Origin: a virus
Taxonomy: Duplodnaviria > Heunggongvirae > Uroviricota > Caudoviricetes
DNA: 31,479 bases
Reading direction: 5' to 3' (one strand)
Virus record (IMG/VR): IMGVR_UViG_2547132280_000007
In this document: piece by piece, positions 8,126-17,069 of the stretch
Layout: every line of letters begins with the position of its first letter
Numbering within the stretch: position 1 is the stretch's first letter
Notes under the pieces: model-generated
The model's input: only the letters and a program-made list of their open reading frames with translations
Databases searched by the model: none
Told to the model about the DNA's origin: nothing
Position numbers and translations under genes: made by a program

Positions 8126-10290
8126 TATGCAAACTCCTCGATAATACAAATCCCAGCGGCACCTTTCCCGCCTGTCATACTGGTTCCGCTATAACCGGCA
8201 TCGTATGCACCACCTCCGCCTGAACCATATGCCTTACCGCTAACGCCACCGCCAGCGCCTGCGCGTCCACCGCCACCCCAGTACGATGTTCCGCCTTCAC
8301 CACTGACGCTGATATTTCCGGACTGACCGTCGCCTCCATTTCCACCAGTGATGCGGATATCGCCAGTACTCGGCACACCTCCGTTACCGCCGTTTGTGTT
8401 TGTAATTCCCACTTTCCCGCCACCTGCGCCACCAGGAGCAATTAACGATGCGAATACGCTATTCCCGCCACTGGTGCCGTTCGTCGCACTAACACCACCG
8501 GCCCCACCTGCGCCGATAGTGACTGGATAACTATTCTGTATCGGGGTCATTATTGAAATTATTGTTCCACCGGCCCCACCGCCAGCACCGAAAAACGTTT
8601 CATTATTGGATATAGCCTTGCAGCCGCCCCCTCCGCCACCGCCGCCCGTTATTGTGACCCTAATCCGTTTTGTTCCTGGCGTCGGGGTGTACGTACCTGA
8701 TGACGTGAAAACCCGGGTATTCACCAAGCGTCCCACGTATCCACTTGCATCGCTCAAGCCAAGGTCAGCAGCAGTAGGTTTAATATGTGAACTGTAAATT
8801 ACATATACAGTTCCATCTGTCAGGCCTGTTGGTTTATTCGCTGTATAAGATGGTGATGTATGAATCGTTACGCTGGCGTTACTGGTATAATCCCACTGAA
8901 TATTAACACGTGTGGTGTAATTACCTATTTCAACATAAACATCATAGGTATCACCGGATGTATTCACCCATGCAAAATTAGTAAATCCAACCGATGTCCG
9001 TCGCCATAACGCACCAGTAAGACCTTTTGGATTCCCATTTCCCGCACGAAGAACAAGTTCAGATATACCAGCCTGCATAGGGGAGTTAACATTATATCCA
9101 GAACCACCAATCAGACTTATGTAAACCACGGAACTGGCCTGTGGCATGGTTACAGTTGCCAGCCTGAACCATCCTGTACCACCACTAAAAGACATGGTTG
9201 TTGAATTTGTTGCTCCAATATTGCGCAGGAATAATCTTTTATCAGGAATATCCGCGCCGTTCTGATCTTTCTGAAGACGTTTTTCAGCATTGTCATAGGC
9301 AGACTTCACCGCTTTCGGTGTTGCGGCCAGCGTTTCAGAAGTGCTATTGGTGGCGCTGCTGAGCTGGACAAGGCCTTTTCGCGCTGTGGTCGCGTCCTGT
9401 GCGGTATATTTCCCGTTAGCAAGGTCATATGCTGTCTTAACCGCCTTTGGCGTTGCCGCAAGCGTTTCAGAATCGCTGTTGGTGGCGCTACTGAGCTGGA
9501 CAAGACCTTTTCGCGCTGTGGTCGCGTCCTGTGCGGTATATTTCCCGTTAGCAAGGTCATATGCTGTCTTTACCGCCTTTGGCGTTGCCGCAAGCGTTTC
9601 AGAATCGCTGTTGGTGGCGCTACTGAGCTGGACAAGACCTTTTCGCGCTGTGGTCGCGTCCTGTGCAGTATATTTCCCGTTAGCAAGATCATACGCGACC
9701 TTTACCGCTCTCGGCGTTGCGGCCAGTGTTTCAGACGTGCTGTTGGTTGCGCTGCTTAACTGAGTAAAACCTTTTGCGGTCAGCGATGCATCCGGGTGTC
9801 GTCGTGAATGTTCGTGTTCTGAGATTTTGTCATCCACATATTTACGGGTCGCCAGTACTACCGACGGGTCGATTTTCAGCGTGATGGCTTCGGTATTCGA
9901 GACAACCAGAATCATGCGGATAGTCTGGGTACGACCACTGCCTTCCTGCAACTGCGGTTTGTACGTTTCCGGGCAGTTCGCCACCGCAATGAGTACGCCT
10001 TCATCATCATAAAGCCCAATCTCACGGATCCAGAATCCTCCCTCGTTTTCAGGGATAATTTGCTCCGCAATAATCTGGCTCTGATTGTTAGGGTCAACAC
10101 TCAGAAGATTCAGCGGTGCAATGCGTTTCTGGTTAATCAGTTTTGTCTGTGCCGGGTCTGGTGTCGGTAATACACCATTCGCATCACCAACGGCCATTTG
10201 CGTCAGATTCAGCTTACTGCCGAGCATCGTCGCGTTAGCCAGTCGTGCTGCGCCCTGATTAGTCAGAATGGCGTAGTATTTCACTGTCAT
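8125..10290 (-). CDS. H: tail fibre protein gpH, 721 aa, mosaic: P2-like N-terminus, four ~40-aa repeats, glycine-rich C-terminal domain
   Basis: The N-terminus MTVKYYAILTNQGAARLANATMLG... is the conserved P2 H baseplate-attachment region. The middle has four copies of GLVQLSSATNSxSETLAATPKAVKxAYDLANGKYTAQDATTARK. The C-terminus is Gly-rich (GGGGGGGCK..., GAGGGAGG, GGNGGDGQSG). Confidence 0.85.
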   Translation of the reverse strand: MTVKYYAILTNQGAARLANATMLGSKLNLTQMAVGDANGVLPTPDPAQTKLINQKRIAPLNLLSVDPNNQSQIIAEQIIPENEGGFWIREIGLYDDEGVLIAVANCPETYKPQLQEGSGRTQTIRMILVVSNTEAITLKIDPSVVLATRKYVDDKISEHEHSRRHPDASLTAKGFTQLSSATNSTSETLAATPRAVKVAYDLANGKYTAQDATTARKGLVQLSSATNSDSETLAATPKAVKTAYDLANGKYTAQDATTARKGLVQLSSATNSDSETLAATPKAVKTAYDLANGKYTAQDATTARKGLVQLSSATNSTSETLAATPKAVKSAYDNAEKRLQKDQNGADIPDKRLFLRNIGATNSTTMSFSGGTGWFRLATVTMPQASSVVYISLIGGSGYNVNSPMQAGISELVLRAGNGNPKGLTGALWRRTSVGFTNFAWVNTSGDTYDVYVEIGNYTTRVNIQWDYTSNASVTIHTSPSYTANKPTGLTDGTVYVIYSSHIKPTAADLGLSDASGYVGRLVNTRVFTSSGTYTPTPGTKRIRVTITGGGGGGGGCKAISNNETFFGAGGGAGGTIISIMTPIQNSYPVTIGAGGAGGVSATNGTSGGNSVFASLIAPGGAGGGKVGITNTNGGNGGVPSTGDIRITGGNGGDGQSGNISVSGEGGTSYWGGGGRAGAGGGVSGKAYGSGGGGAYDAGYSGTSMTGGKGAAGICIIEEFA
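9300..9790 (-). repeat. four tandem direct repeats, 120-bp period, inside H
   Basis: Units starting near 9311, 9441, 9561 and 9681 are near-identical; copies 2 and 3 differ by only a few bases. They encode the 40-aa tail-fibre repeat. Confidence 0.85.
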
Positions 10291-10898
10291 GCGTTTACTC
10301 TCAGGTTATCAATTAAATGAATGACCGAGGCCGGGAAATAATCCCCTCCGACAATAATGGCCTCCGGGGTGTAGGGATAAACCGTCAGGGCGTCACCGTG
10401 ATAGCATCCCGTTCCGGCAAAAATGTTGCCGGTTGTACTTAAACTGATAGCCAGTCCCGTCAGATGGCGGCTCGCCGGTTTTGCATCAGCAACGAGACGT
10501 TCCAGCTCCAGATACATTTCTTCGGTAATACCCTGCTCAAGCACGCCAACAACGATACGGAACGTCCCCGGCTCCTCGTTGAGCTGCCACCACTCCCTCA
10601 CTTCAATCAGATAGCCGAGCGGCTCCACAACACGCCGGATTGCGCCGACAGTACCCTTATGACAGTGGATGAAATAGGCATCGCGGATAACGGCGCGTTT
10701 TGTCGCTTCCGGCCACTTTTCATCCCACCTGTCGACCGAAAAGGCCCACGCCAGCCACGGCAGCAGATTTGCCGGGCAGGTGTCCGGGTTCCACAGCTCA
10801 CGAATACTGACCGGCGTTTTTTCAATTTCCGCACAGGCTTTTGCGGCAGCAATTTCAAGCGGTGATGAGCCGGTCGGCAGCAGTCGCGAATCACTCAT
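10287..10898 (-). CDS. I: baseplate protein gpI
   Basis: Synteny between J and H; the track ORF is 203 aa (P2 gpI is shorter, so the true start may be internal). Confidence 0.8.
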   Translation of the reverse strand: MSDSRLLPTGSSPLEIAAAKACAEIEKTPVSIRELWNPDTCPANLLPWLAWAFSVDRWDEKWPEATKRAVIRDAYFIHCHKGTVGAIRRVVEPLGYLIEVREWWQLNEEPGTFRIVVGVLEQGITEEMYLELERLVADAKPASRHLTGLAISLSTTGNIFAGTGCYHGDALTVYPYTPEAIIVGGDYFPASVIHLIDNLRVNA

Positions 10899-11799
10899 CC
10901 GAGCCTCCGGTCACGACGCGGTATTCGGTACAGAAAGACGCCTGCGTACTGTTGAGCACGATGTCGGCCAGTGGTGAAGCCAGTTCAACACGCTGCACGC
11001 CCTCCACATGCAAAGCGGCATAAATGGCAGACAGACGGATGTCGCGCCCCAGCCGGTGCTGTGCCGTGATATACGCTTCCAGTTTTTTCACGGCAGCAGC
11101 GCGGATGGGTTCGCTTTCGGGACCAGGGTAAAGGTAAAGCGTGGCGTTTATCTGATATTCAACAATGGCGGCAGACTGCACGGTCACGCGGTCGGCCACC
11201 GGCCTGACGTCCTCGCCATTCAGGGCGTTGCGCACCACAGCCAGCAGGTCTTCAGATGCCACACCGTTATTTTCACGTGACAGCACAGAGATGGTGACAC
11301 AGGCCGGAGACGGACTGGTGACAGAGATATCCGCGACACGCCCGTCGGCACTGCGACCATGATACTGATAGGCTCCCACCGACCCGGCGACGCTTAAGCC
11401 TTCAAACGCCTGCTGAATACGCAGACGATAATCGGTGTCAGACTCCATCACTGCCGGTGTCGGCGGGATAGTCGAATCATCTGCCGGGGTGATAGTCAGG
11501 CGCGTGGTGTTGTAATTGGCACCAATCACATCAAGGTCATTATCGGCTGCACAGGCCAGCATCACCGCCCGTGCAGCCTCATTCACACGCTGACGCCAGA
11601 TAAGCTCGCGATACGCATTTTCCTCCAGCAGTTTGACGAGAGGCTCGGATTCCAGCGTCAGGGTACGGGCGACCGCCTCCTGCTGGTCTTCCGGGTAAAG
11701 GGAAATCAGTGTCGCCTTGCGTTCGGCAAGAATGGTTTCAAAGTCCAGCTCCTCAACCACATCCGGTGCGGGTAGCTGGTTCAGGTCGATAATCGGCAT
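10891..11799 (-). CDS. J: baseplate wedge protein gpJ, 302 aa
   Basis: 302 aa, same as P2 gpJ; synteny W-J-I. Confidence 0.85.
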   Translation of the reverse strand: MPIIDLNQLPAPDVVEELDFETILAERKATLISLYPEDQQEAVARTLTLESEPLVKLLEENAYRELIWRQRVNEAARAVMLACAADNDLDVIGANYNTTRLTITPADDSTIPPTPAVMESDTDYRLRIQQAFEGLSVAGSVGAYQYHGRSADGRVADISVTSPSPACVTISVLSRENNGVASEDLLAVVRNALNGEDVRPVADRVTVQSAAIVEYQINATLYLYPGPESEPIRAAAVKKLEAYITAQHRLGRDIRLSAIYAALHVEGVQRVELASPLADIVLNSTQASFCTEYRVVTGGSDE

Positions 11800-11803
11800 G
11801 GTT

Positions 11804-12151
11804 TCAACTCACAGGGATGGTTAACGAAAGTGGCTGGCCGGTGTCGTTGTGCTGACCGGTTAACGTGACCGTCATTCGCCCGTCAAAACTGCGCGCCGTG
11901 GTGACGGATGACAGGGTGACGCGGGGTTCCCATTTCAGCACCGCCATGTAACAGGCGACCTTAATCTGCAACTCAAGCGCCGGGGTCTGCGGCTGGTCAA
12001 TCATTGACGCCAGCAACGAGCCGTAATCACGACGCATCACCCGTGAGCCGACCGGCGTGCGCAGGATATCGCCGATACTCTGGCTGATATGCTCAAGGTC
12101 AGTGACAGTCAGGCCATCACTGCGATTCATTCCGAGATAACGCGCAGTCAT
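11804..12151 (-). CDS. W: baseplate protein gpW (gp25-like), 115 aa
   Basis: 115 aa; overlaps the V stop. Confidence 0.85.
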   Translation of the reverse strand: MTARYLGMNRSDGLTVTDLEHISQSIGDILRTPVGSRVMRRDYGSLLASMIDQPQTPALELQIKVACYMAVLKWEPRVTLSSVTTARSFDGRMTVTLTGQHNDTGQPLSLTIPVS

Positions 12152-12783
12152 AGAGGTCCCCCGGTTGTGCCGCCGCTGTCGCCGGGGTGTTTATGGGTAT
12201 GCAGTACCTTACCGTTTGATGAGAGTTCACCGCCGGTGTGTTCAATGTTGCCGCGCATCGTCCCGCCCTTCTGTACTTCCAGCGTGCCGGTAGTCAGTTT
12301 GTTAGTGCAGACCACTTCCGGTGTGTCCAGGGTGACACGGGTTGACGCTTTCACCGTGACCACCGGTACCGTGGCAGTAACAGAATCAGAAGCCGTCACG
12401 CTGGCCGTTTTAATTCCGCTTACCATGAGTGCACTGGTTTCGGGTTCATACTCAATCACCGCCCCGTCAGGGAAACGGATATGCAGGGCATCCGCCGACA
12501 CAGACGGCGAGGGGTTATCGCCGGAATAAATCCCCGGCAGAACGAACGCCGTGTCGAGTTCACCGCCCACGGCCAGAATCAGCACCTGTTCCCCCTCGGA
12601 AGGTGCCCACCACGTGCGCGAACGTCCGGCGCGATGGGTCAGCCACTGAAGCCAGTCGGTGCACATGCCGCCGGTCTGCACACGGCAGCGACCGGCGTTA
12701 AGGTCGGTTTCGACGATAATGCCGGTGCGTATCATGTTGCGCAGTGCGCGCGCGAGTTCCTGAATATTTGCGAGAGTGTTCAT
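12148..12783 (-). CDS. V: baseplate central spike gpV, 211 aa
   Basis: 211 aa as in P2; first gene of the V-W-J-I-H-G operon. Confidence 0.85.
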   Translation of the reverse strand: MNTLANIQELARALRNMIRTGIIVETDLNAGRCRVQTGGMCTDWLQWLTHRAGRSRTWWAPSEGEQVLILAVGGELDTAFVLPGIYSGDNPSPSVSADALHIRFPDGAVIEYEPETSALMVSGIKTASVTASDSVTATVPVVTVKASTRVTLDTPEVVCTNKLTTGTLEVQKGGTMRGNIEHTGGELSSNGKVLHTHKHPGDSGGTTGGPL

Positions 12784-12849
12784 AACGGGAAGGATGCCGC
12801 CGGGTCATACCGGCGGCAATGTGACGATGAGGTGTCGGGAATGGCACAA

Positions 12850-13302
12850 CTAACGGTCGAGGTGAGCCAGGATAATCTCTTCAATCATCTGCACATCCTC
12901 ACCGGTAAAGCCGAGCAGAGGACGCGCCGGATAATCAATTTTCTTACCGTCTTTCCGGTTTTCTTCCGACAGACCGAACTGATGCACACTAGCGATTTTC
13001 GGCGACTTCCCGCCGTAAAATTCCATTGATGCCTGCTGCGGGCTGGCGCGGATATGCAAAAAACGACTGGTAATAAGTTTCGCAAACATTTTTCGCTTAA
13101 CGCGACCGGTCTTTTTTCTGGCGCTCTGCTGCTGGCGTGGCACGTAGGGTGTGCCGTCCGGGGCTTTCTGTGCCATCACCCGACGCTGCTGACTCTGCCG
13201 CAGACGTTTCGCCAGTTCGGCACTCAGTCGTCGACGCCCTGACGGTGACAGCGACTCAATCAGTCCGGTCAGCCGGTCTTCAAAACGCTTAAACTCATTC
13301 AT
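12850..13302 (-). CDS. S: tail completion protein gpS, 150 aa
   Basis: 150 aa; synteny R-S. Confidence 0.85.
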   Translation of the reverse strand: MNEFKRFEDRLTGLIESLSPSGRRRLSAELAKRLRQSQQRRVMAQKAPDGTPYVPRQQQSARKKTGRVKRKMFAKLITSRFLHIRASPQQASMEFYGGKSPKIASVHQFGLSEENRKDGKKIDYPARPLLGFTGEDVQMIEEIILAHLDR

Positions 13303-13762
13303 CCCACTTGCTCACCAGTTCGCCATTGATATAAAGCTCCATCGGGCGGGTGACCGGCTCCGGCGGCGTGGGCTCCGGGATATTCTTCACATGCAGTGCG
13401 CCGTCGACCTCACTGACCAGCGTGCGCTCGGTCAGCATCAGGCTGATGCTGATATCAAAGCTGCTGTCATTGTTGATGTCTGCATAAAACGTGAAGCCCT
13501 TTTTCTGGCCTTCGTCGGTGGTCATGATGTCGGGCTGATTTTCCCGCAGCCACGCCAGCACCGGCACGATGAGCAGGTCAAAATCACCGGTAAAGTCGGT
13601 CACAATGACATTGAGCGTGTAACGCTTTTCAAATGACAGCGACGTCGCCAGTGTGGAGGCAATACTCCCGTTATCCACGAATATCCGCAGCATCTCGGGG
13701 CTGGTTTTCAGCACCGTGACGGCATCAGTCAGCGCCCTGCGCAGGCTGTCGGGTTTGAGCAT
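13295..13762 (-). CDS. R: tail completion protein gpR, 155 aa
   Basis: 155 aa; synteny after the lysis cassette. Confidence 0.85.
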   Translation of the reverse strand: MLKPDSLRRALTDAVTVLKTSPEMLRIFVDNGSIASTLATSLSFEKRYTLNVIVTDFTGDFDLLIVPVLAWLRENQPDIMTTDEGQKKGFTFYADINNDSSFDISISLMLTERTLVSEVDGALHVKNIPEPTPPEPVTRPMELYINGELVSKWDE

Positions 13763-14015
13763 CGTTTTCGTCCTGACAGTGTTTAATCATTTTTACCTGG
13801 CTGGCACAGCGTGCCAGCGCGTTCTCAAGCTGCCGGATATCGGCACTTAAATCGCCGTTCGTCTGCGGGTCACTGCCCGGCATCGGGCAAAGACTCACTT
13901 TCGGGCAGGCGTTGTGGACAATCACTGGCGTCTGCGCAGGCCGGGCGCTGGTGCAACCGGCGCACAGCATCAGGCAGGTCAGCACCGTACCAGCGGCGAA
14001 AATCTTCGTTTTCAT
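13725..14015 (-). CDS. lysC: LysC, Rz1-like outer-membrane lipoprotein spanin, 96 aa, embedded in the lysB reading frame region
   Basis: Internal ATG at 14015 gives MKTKIFAAGTVLTCLMLCAGC with a lipobox (LCAGC); it lies in an alternative frame inside lysB, the classic Rz/Rz1 arrangement. Confidence 0.7.
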   Translation of the reverse strand: MKTKIFAAGTVLTCLMLCAGCTSARPAQTPVIVHNACPKVSLCPMPGSDPQTNGDLSADIRQLENALARCASQVKMIKHCQDENDAQTRQPAQGAD

Positions 14016-14295
14016 TGAGTAACCTCGTGATGGTTTTCTCGCGCTGTGCTTCACGCTTCGCGGCGTTCTCCAGTTCCTGACGCAGTGCCACCTGCGCCAG
14101 CTCGTTTTTGTCTGCCCTGGTAAGGGCAACATGAAGCTGGTTTTTCAGCATGGTGATGGTCGTCTGCTGCCCGCTGGCGACATTGTTCGCCCTGTCCAGT
14201 GAGGCGCGCAGTCTGGCGTTTTCATGCTTCGCCAGAAACAGCCCCGCCACCGCCAGCGATAACAACACGACCAGTGCAATCATCAGCTTTGACAT
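13870..14295 (-). CDS. lysB: LysB, Rz-like inner-membrane spanin, 141 aa
   Basis: N-terminal TM helix (MSKLMIALVVLLSLAVAGLFLA) followed by a charged coiled-coil region; 141 aa. Confidence 0.8.
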   Translation of the reverse strand: MSKLMIALVVLLSLAVAGLFLAKHENARLRASLDRANNVASGQQTTITMLKNQLHVALTRADKNELAQVALRQELENAAKREAQREKTITRLLNENEDFRRWYGADLPDAVRRLHQRPACADASDCPQRLPESESLPDAGQ

Positions 14296-14708
14296 AGTTC
14301 CCGCCCCTCAAGACGCTGACGGCAGGCCGTGCGTATCAGCCGGAAAAACAGCGACGCCACGAGATAAATCAGCGCGGTAAAAATCCACCCGGCAGCGACC
14401 AGCGCGATAAACGTCGCCACCATCACCACCAGAGCCGCCGCCCGTCTGCGCCACGGCACCGGCTGCAAAAACAGCGCCGTGACAATCTTCACGGCCAGCG
14501 ATTCCGGCGGCAGCTCCCGCCCGTAGCGTTCCAGCACATACTCAGTGGCATACACGCCGACACCACCGGCAACCACACAGATAACCGTCGCCAGAATCGC
14601 CCAGGCGGCGACAAAACTGACGGCCACGCTCTGCGGGTAAATCAGGGACAGTGCCAGCATCAGCGCCAGCGACACGTTCAGTATCAGTGAAAGGGATAAT
14701 TTCTTCAT
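14283..14708 (-). CDS. lysA: LysA lysis-timing membrane protein, 141 aa
   Basis: Hydrophobic multi-TM protein immediately downstream of K; 141 aa. Confidence 0.75.
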   Translation of the reverse strand: MKKLSLSLILNVSLALMLALSLIYPQSVAVSFVAAWAILATVICVVAGGVGVYATEYVLERYGRELPPESLAVKIVTALFLQPVPWRRRAAALVVMVATFIALVAAGWIFTALIYLVASLFFRLIRTACRQRLEGRELCQS

Positions 14709-14722
14709 GGTGTTTACTCCGT

Positions 14723-15220
14723 TTAAGCCGGTACGCCGCCGGCGGTACGCCAGACGGTGACCAGTTTTTCCAGTGAATGCTCACGCTGACCGTAACCGGC
14801 ACCCGGCAGGGACGCCCAGATATTGCGACAGCGTGAAATGGCGCGCTCAATGCGTCCCGTCCGGATGTCATTCAGTGCACCACGTTCGCGGATCAACTGA
14901 ATGGCGAGTCTGTCCTGTGACAACGGACTGAAATCAGGCAGGGCAAGCTGTTTGCGGTAATGCGGCCAGAACAGGTAAAGCTGCTGATAGCGACCGGAGG
15001 CCGTGGATTTTTCACCGCGACGGTTAAACACCTTCGCCGGTCGGCCATGCGCGAACGGGTGGTCACTGTAGTCGGTGAAGATTTCCGGCTTTCCGTCCAG
15101 TCCGGTGACTATCACGTCATAGCCCCGGTTTTTCGTCAGCGGATGATTCGCCGTCCCTTCGGACACGGCCAGCATGTCGAGAAAGGCGGCGATATTCTGA
15201 TGCGTGTTAATAACCGGCAT
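14723..15220 (-). CDS. K: endolysin gpK (lambda R-like lysozyme family), 165 aa
   Basis: 165 aa; follows the holin with a stop/start overlap. Confidence 0.85.
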   Translation of the reverse strand: MPVINTHQNIAAFLDMLAVSEGTANHPLTKNRGYDVIVTGLDGKPEIFTDYSDHPFAHGRPAKVFNRRGEKSTASGRYQQLYLFWPHYRKQLALPDFSPLSQDRLAIQLIRERGALNDIRTGRIERAISRCRNIWASLPGAGYGQREHSLEKLVTVWRTAGGVPA

Positions 15221-15501
15221 TACGGTTTCCCCCTGCCCTTAAAACGGCGCTGAATGGCAATCTCAATCACCTGATAGCCGGCGATACCCAGCATGGAGCC
15301 GATGCCGCACACCGCAGGCAGTGACAGGTCAGGAAACTGCACCAGAACAACACCGGCAACCATCGAGACAAAACCACCGAGCAACATGCGCCCGATAAAC
15401 AGACGCGGGGTGATGGGTTCACCACCGGCAAGCACCTTGCCGACAACAATCAGCACCCCAATCATGAAAAGCGACAGGACGCTTTTTTCTTCTGCTGTCA
15501 T
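15220..15501 (-). CDS. Y: holin gpY, 93 aa
   Basis: 93 aa with hydrophobic TM segments and a charged C-terminus (RRFKGRGKP). Confidence 0.85.
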   Translation of the reverse strand: MTAEEKSVLSLFMIGVLIVVGKVLAGGEPITPRLFIGRMLLGGFVSMVAGVVLVQFPDLSLPAVCGIGSMLGIAGYQVIEIAIQRRFKGRGKP

Positions 15502-15504
15502 GCG

Positions 15505-15708
15505 TTACTCCCACAGATTGACAGTTTCAGCCACGGGCGCGGTCTGAACGTCGGGCAGTTCGACGGCGGTGCCGTGCGGCAGCACCGCACCCAGTTCAGC
15601 CAGTCCCGGATTTGCGGCGAGCACGGCCTCGACCACACCCTCAGTGCGCCCGTAATACCGGACACAGATGGCGTCGAGCGTGTCGCCCTGTAGCGCAAAG
15701 GTCTTCAT
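15505..15708 (-). CDS. X: tail protein gpX, 67 aa
   Basis: Internal start MKTFALQGDTLDAICVRYYGRTEGVVE...; its ATG overlaps the L stop (TGATG). The track ORF extends to 15777. Confidence 0.8.
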   Translation of the reverse strand: MKTFALQGDTLDAICVRYYGRTEGVVEAVLAANPGLAELGAVLPHGTAVELPDVQTAPVAETVNLWE

Positions 15709-16217
15709 CAGATTTGACTCACAATGCAGCGCGGCTTGTCCTGGATTCGCGCCACTGCCCAGCGCATATCCCGCCACAGCTCATCAATGGTGCTGTCAAT
15801 GCTGTCGGCCTTCTTGTCGCCTTTGGCACTGGCATCCACGCCGCGATAACGCTCATAAAGCGATGCGGTCGCCATCGCACACACGGCGCGCTCGTAGTAA
15901 AAAACTTTGATGCTTTCACCGTCGATGTCGTCCGCCGGGACTTCCGCCAGACGCGTAAAACCGGCGGCAATTTTCTGTTCGCGGTACTCGTACAGCTCCG
16001 CATTCGTCTCCGCCATGCCTGACTTGATGGCCTCACGCAGACGGGCGGGGGCGACGGTCTGCTCAAGGCGCATACGTTCCCGGACGCGCTTCGGGTCGAT
16101 ATCGGGAAAAAAGAACGTGTTTTTAATCACCGGCTCGTCGCCTGCCGGTTGCGGGATGACCACCGTACCCTCACCGGACACGGGAGCCTCCTTTCGCGGA
16201 ATAATCAGCGTCATCAT
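15708..16217 (-). CDS. L: head completion protein gpL, 169 aa
   Basis: Start at MMTLIIPRKEAP... with GAGG 6 nt upstream; the track ORF extends to 16277. Confidence 0.8.
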   Translation of the reverse strand: MMTLIIPRKEAPVSGEGTVVIPQPAGDEPVIKNTFFFPDIDPKRVRERMRLEQTVAPARLREAIKSGMAETNAELYEYREQKIAAGFTRLAEVPADDIDGESIKVFYYERAVCAMATASLYERYRGVDASAKGDKKADSIDSTIDELWRDMRWAVARIQDKPRCIVSQI

Positions 16218-16316
16218 GACTACCTCAGAAAAGTCGGGCGGTGGACGCCGGTACAGTGTCAGGTGATTCACCCACACTGACCGGCGTGCCGCCCTGGCGC
16301 GGGGCGCATTCGGTTG

Positions 16317-17066
16317 TTAACTGGCTTTCTTTTTCGGGCGTCCACGTTTTTCCTGTGTCACGCTCCGGGTCTTACGCGGGGCGCGGGTGACCGCTTTTGG
16401 CTCCGGCTTCGGCTTCGGCTTCGGTTTCAGCTCCCGCTCCAGTCGTTCAATCTCTTTTTTGACGCCTGCCTGACAGTCGAGCTGTGTCGCACGTTGCAGG
16501 TGCGCCAGCGCACCGGCGGCATCACCACCGTCACGCAGAAACAGACCGGTAATTTTGTGCAGCTTTGCGCGCACTTCATCAGGCATGTCAGCCGTGGCGG
16601 TCAGTTCAAGGGTCTCCGTCAGCAGGCGGGTATCCACAGACTCACCGGCAGCGTGAGCGCGCATGGCCGCAAGCGCTACCTCCTCGGTGAACATGTACGG
16701 CGGGGTACGGCGGTGTTTACCCGGCATGGTCAGACCGTACTTCAGGGCATAACGGGCAATCTCCAGCGCACCGGCAATATCGCCGGTATCCAGACGCCAC
16801 AGCATGACCGTCATCAGAATGTCATCCTGTGCACCTTTGCCCTGCTCCAGCACACCGTTCACCCACGGCAACCAGAACGGCAGCAGTTCGCGCTTTTTCG
16901 CGGCCTTAAGCTCTTTTGAATAAATCGCTTTCAGTGTGCGCTGGTCTGCGGCCAGCTTGACCAGCATCTGCTCATAGACAGTTGCATGTCGCAGCGGGGC
17001 GGCTTCCCGCTGCGCGGTCATCGCTGCCGAGACCCGCATCATGTGGCGCTGTGCGGGACTCGTCAT
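16317..17066 (-). CDS. M: terminase small (endonuclease) subunit gpM, 249 aa
   Basis: Synteny N-M-L; the C-terminus contains a KPKPKPKPEPK tract. Confidence 0.85.
   Translation of the reverse strand: MTSPAQRHMMRVSAAMTAQREAAPLRHATVYEQMLVKLAADQRTLKAIYSKELKAAKKRELLPFWLPWVNGVLEQGKGAQDDILMTVMLWRLDTGDIAGALEIARYALKYGLTMPGKHRRTPPYMFTEEVALAAMRAHAAGESVDTRLLTETLELTATADMPDEVRAKLHKITGLFLRDGGDAAGALAHLQRATQLDCQAGVKKEIERLERELKPKPKPKPEPKAVTRAPRKTRSVTQEKRGRPKKKAS
16399..16428 (-). repeat. hexanucleotide tandem repeat (GGCTCC GGCTTC x3 GGTTTC) encoding (KP)n in gpM
   Basis: Read directly at 16399-16428 on the plus strand. Confidence 0.8.
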
Positions 17067-17069
17067 CGG

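Noticed and set aside
8600-8660. Poly-glycine coding tract as a possible slippery homopolymer (phase variation)
   Set aside because: At the nucleotide level the glycine codons are mixed (ccgccccctccgccaccgccgcc) with no run longer than 5, so slippage is unlikely.
9341-9763. 140-aa plus-strand ORF with internal repeats
   Set aside because: It is the antisense reading of the tandem repeats inside H; the repeat structure is explained by the minus-strand tail-fibre gene.
9300-9790. Possible CRISPR-like array suggested by regular direct repeats
   Set aside because: The repeats are 120 bp long, contiguous with no unique spacers, and in frame within H; they are coding repeats, not CRISPR.
12784-12849. 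Search for the TGT-N12-ACA Ogr-binding dyad upstream of V, FI, O and P
   Set aside because: Only imperfect dyads were found (for example TGT-N10-ACA near 12820 and GTCGG-N10-CCGAC near 19094). My memory of the consensus is not exact enough to assign sites, so no Ogr-site features were called.
16314-16919. 201-aa plus-strand ORF overlapping M
   Set aside because: It is antisense to gpM and contains the mirror image of the (KP)n repeat; artefact.
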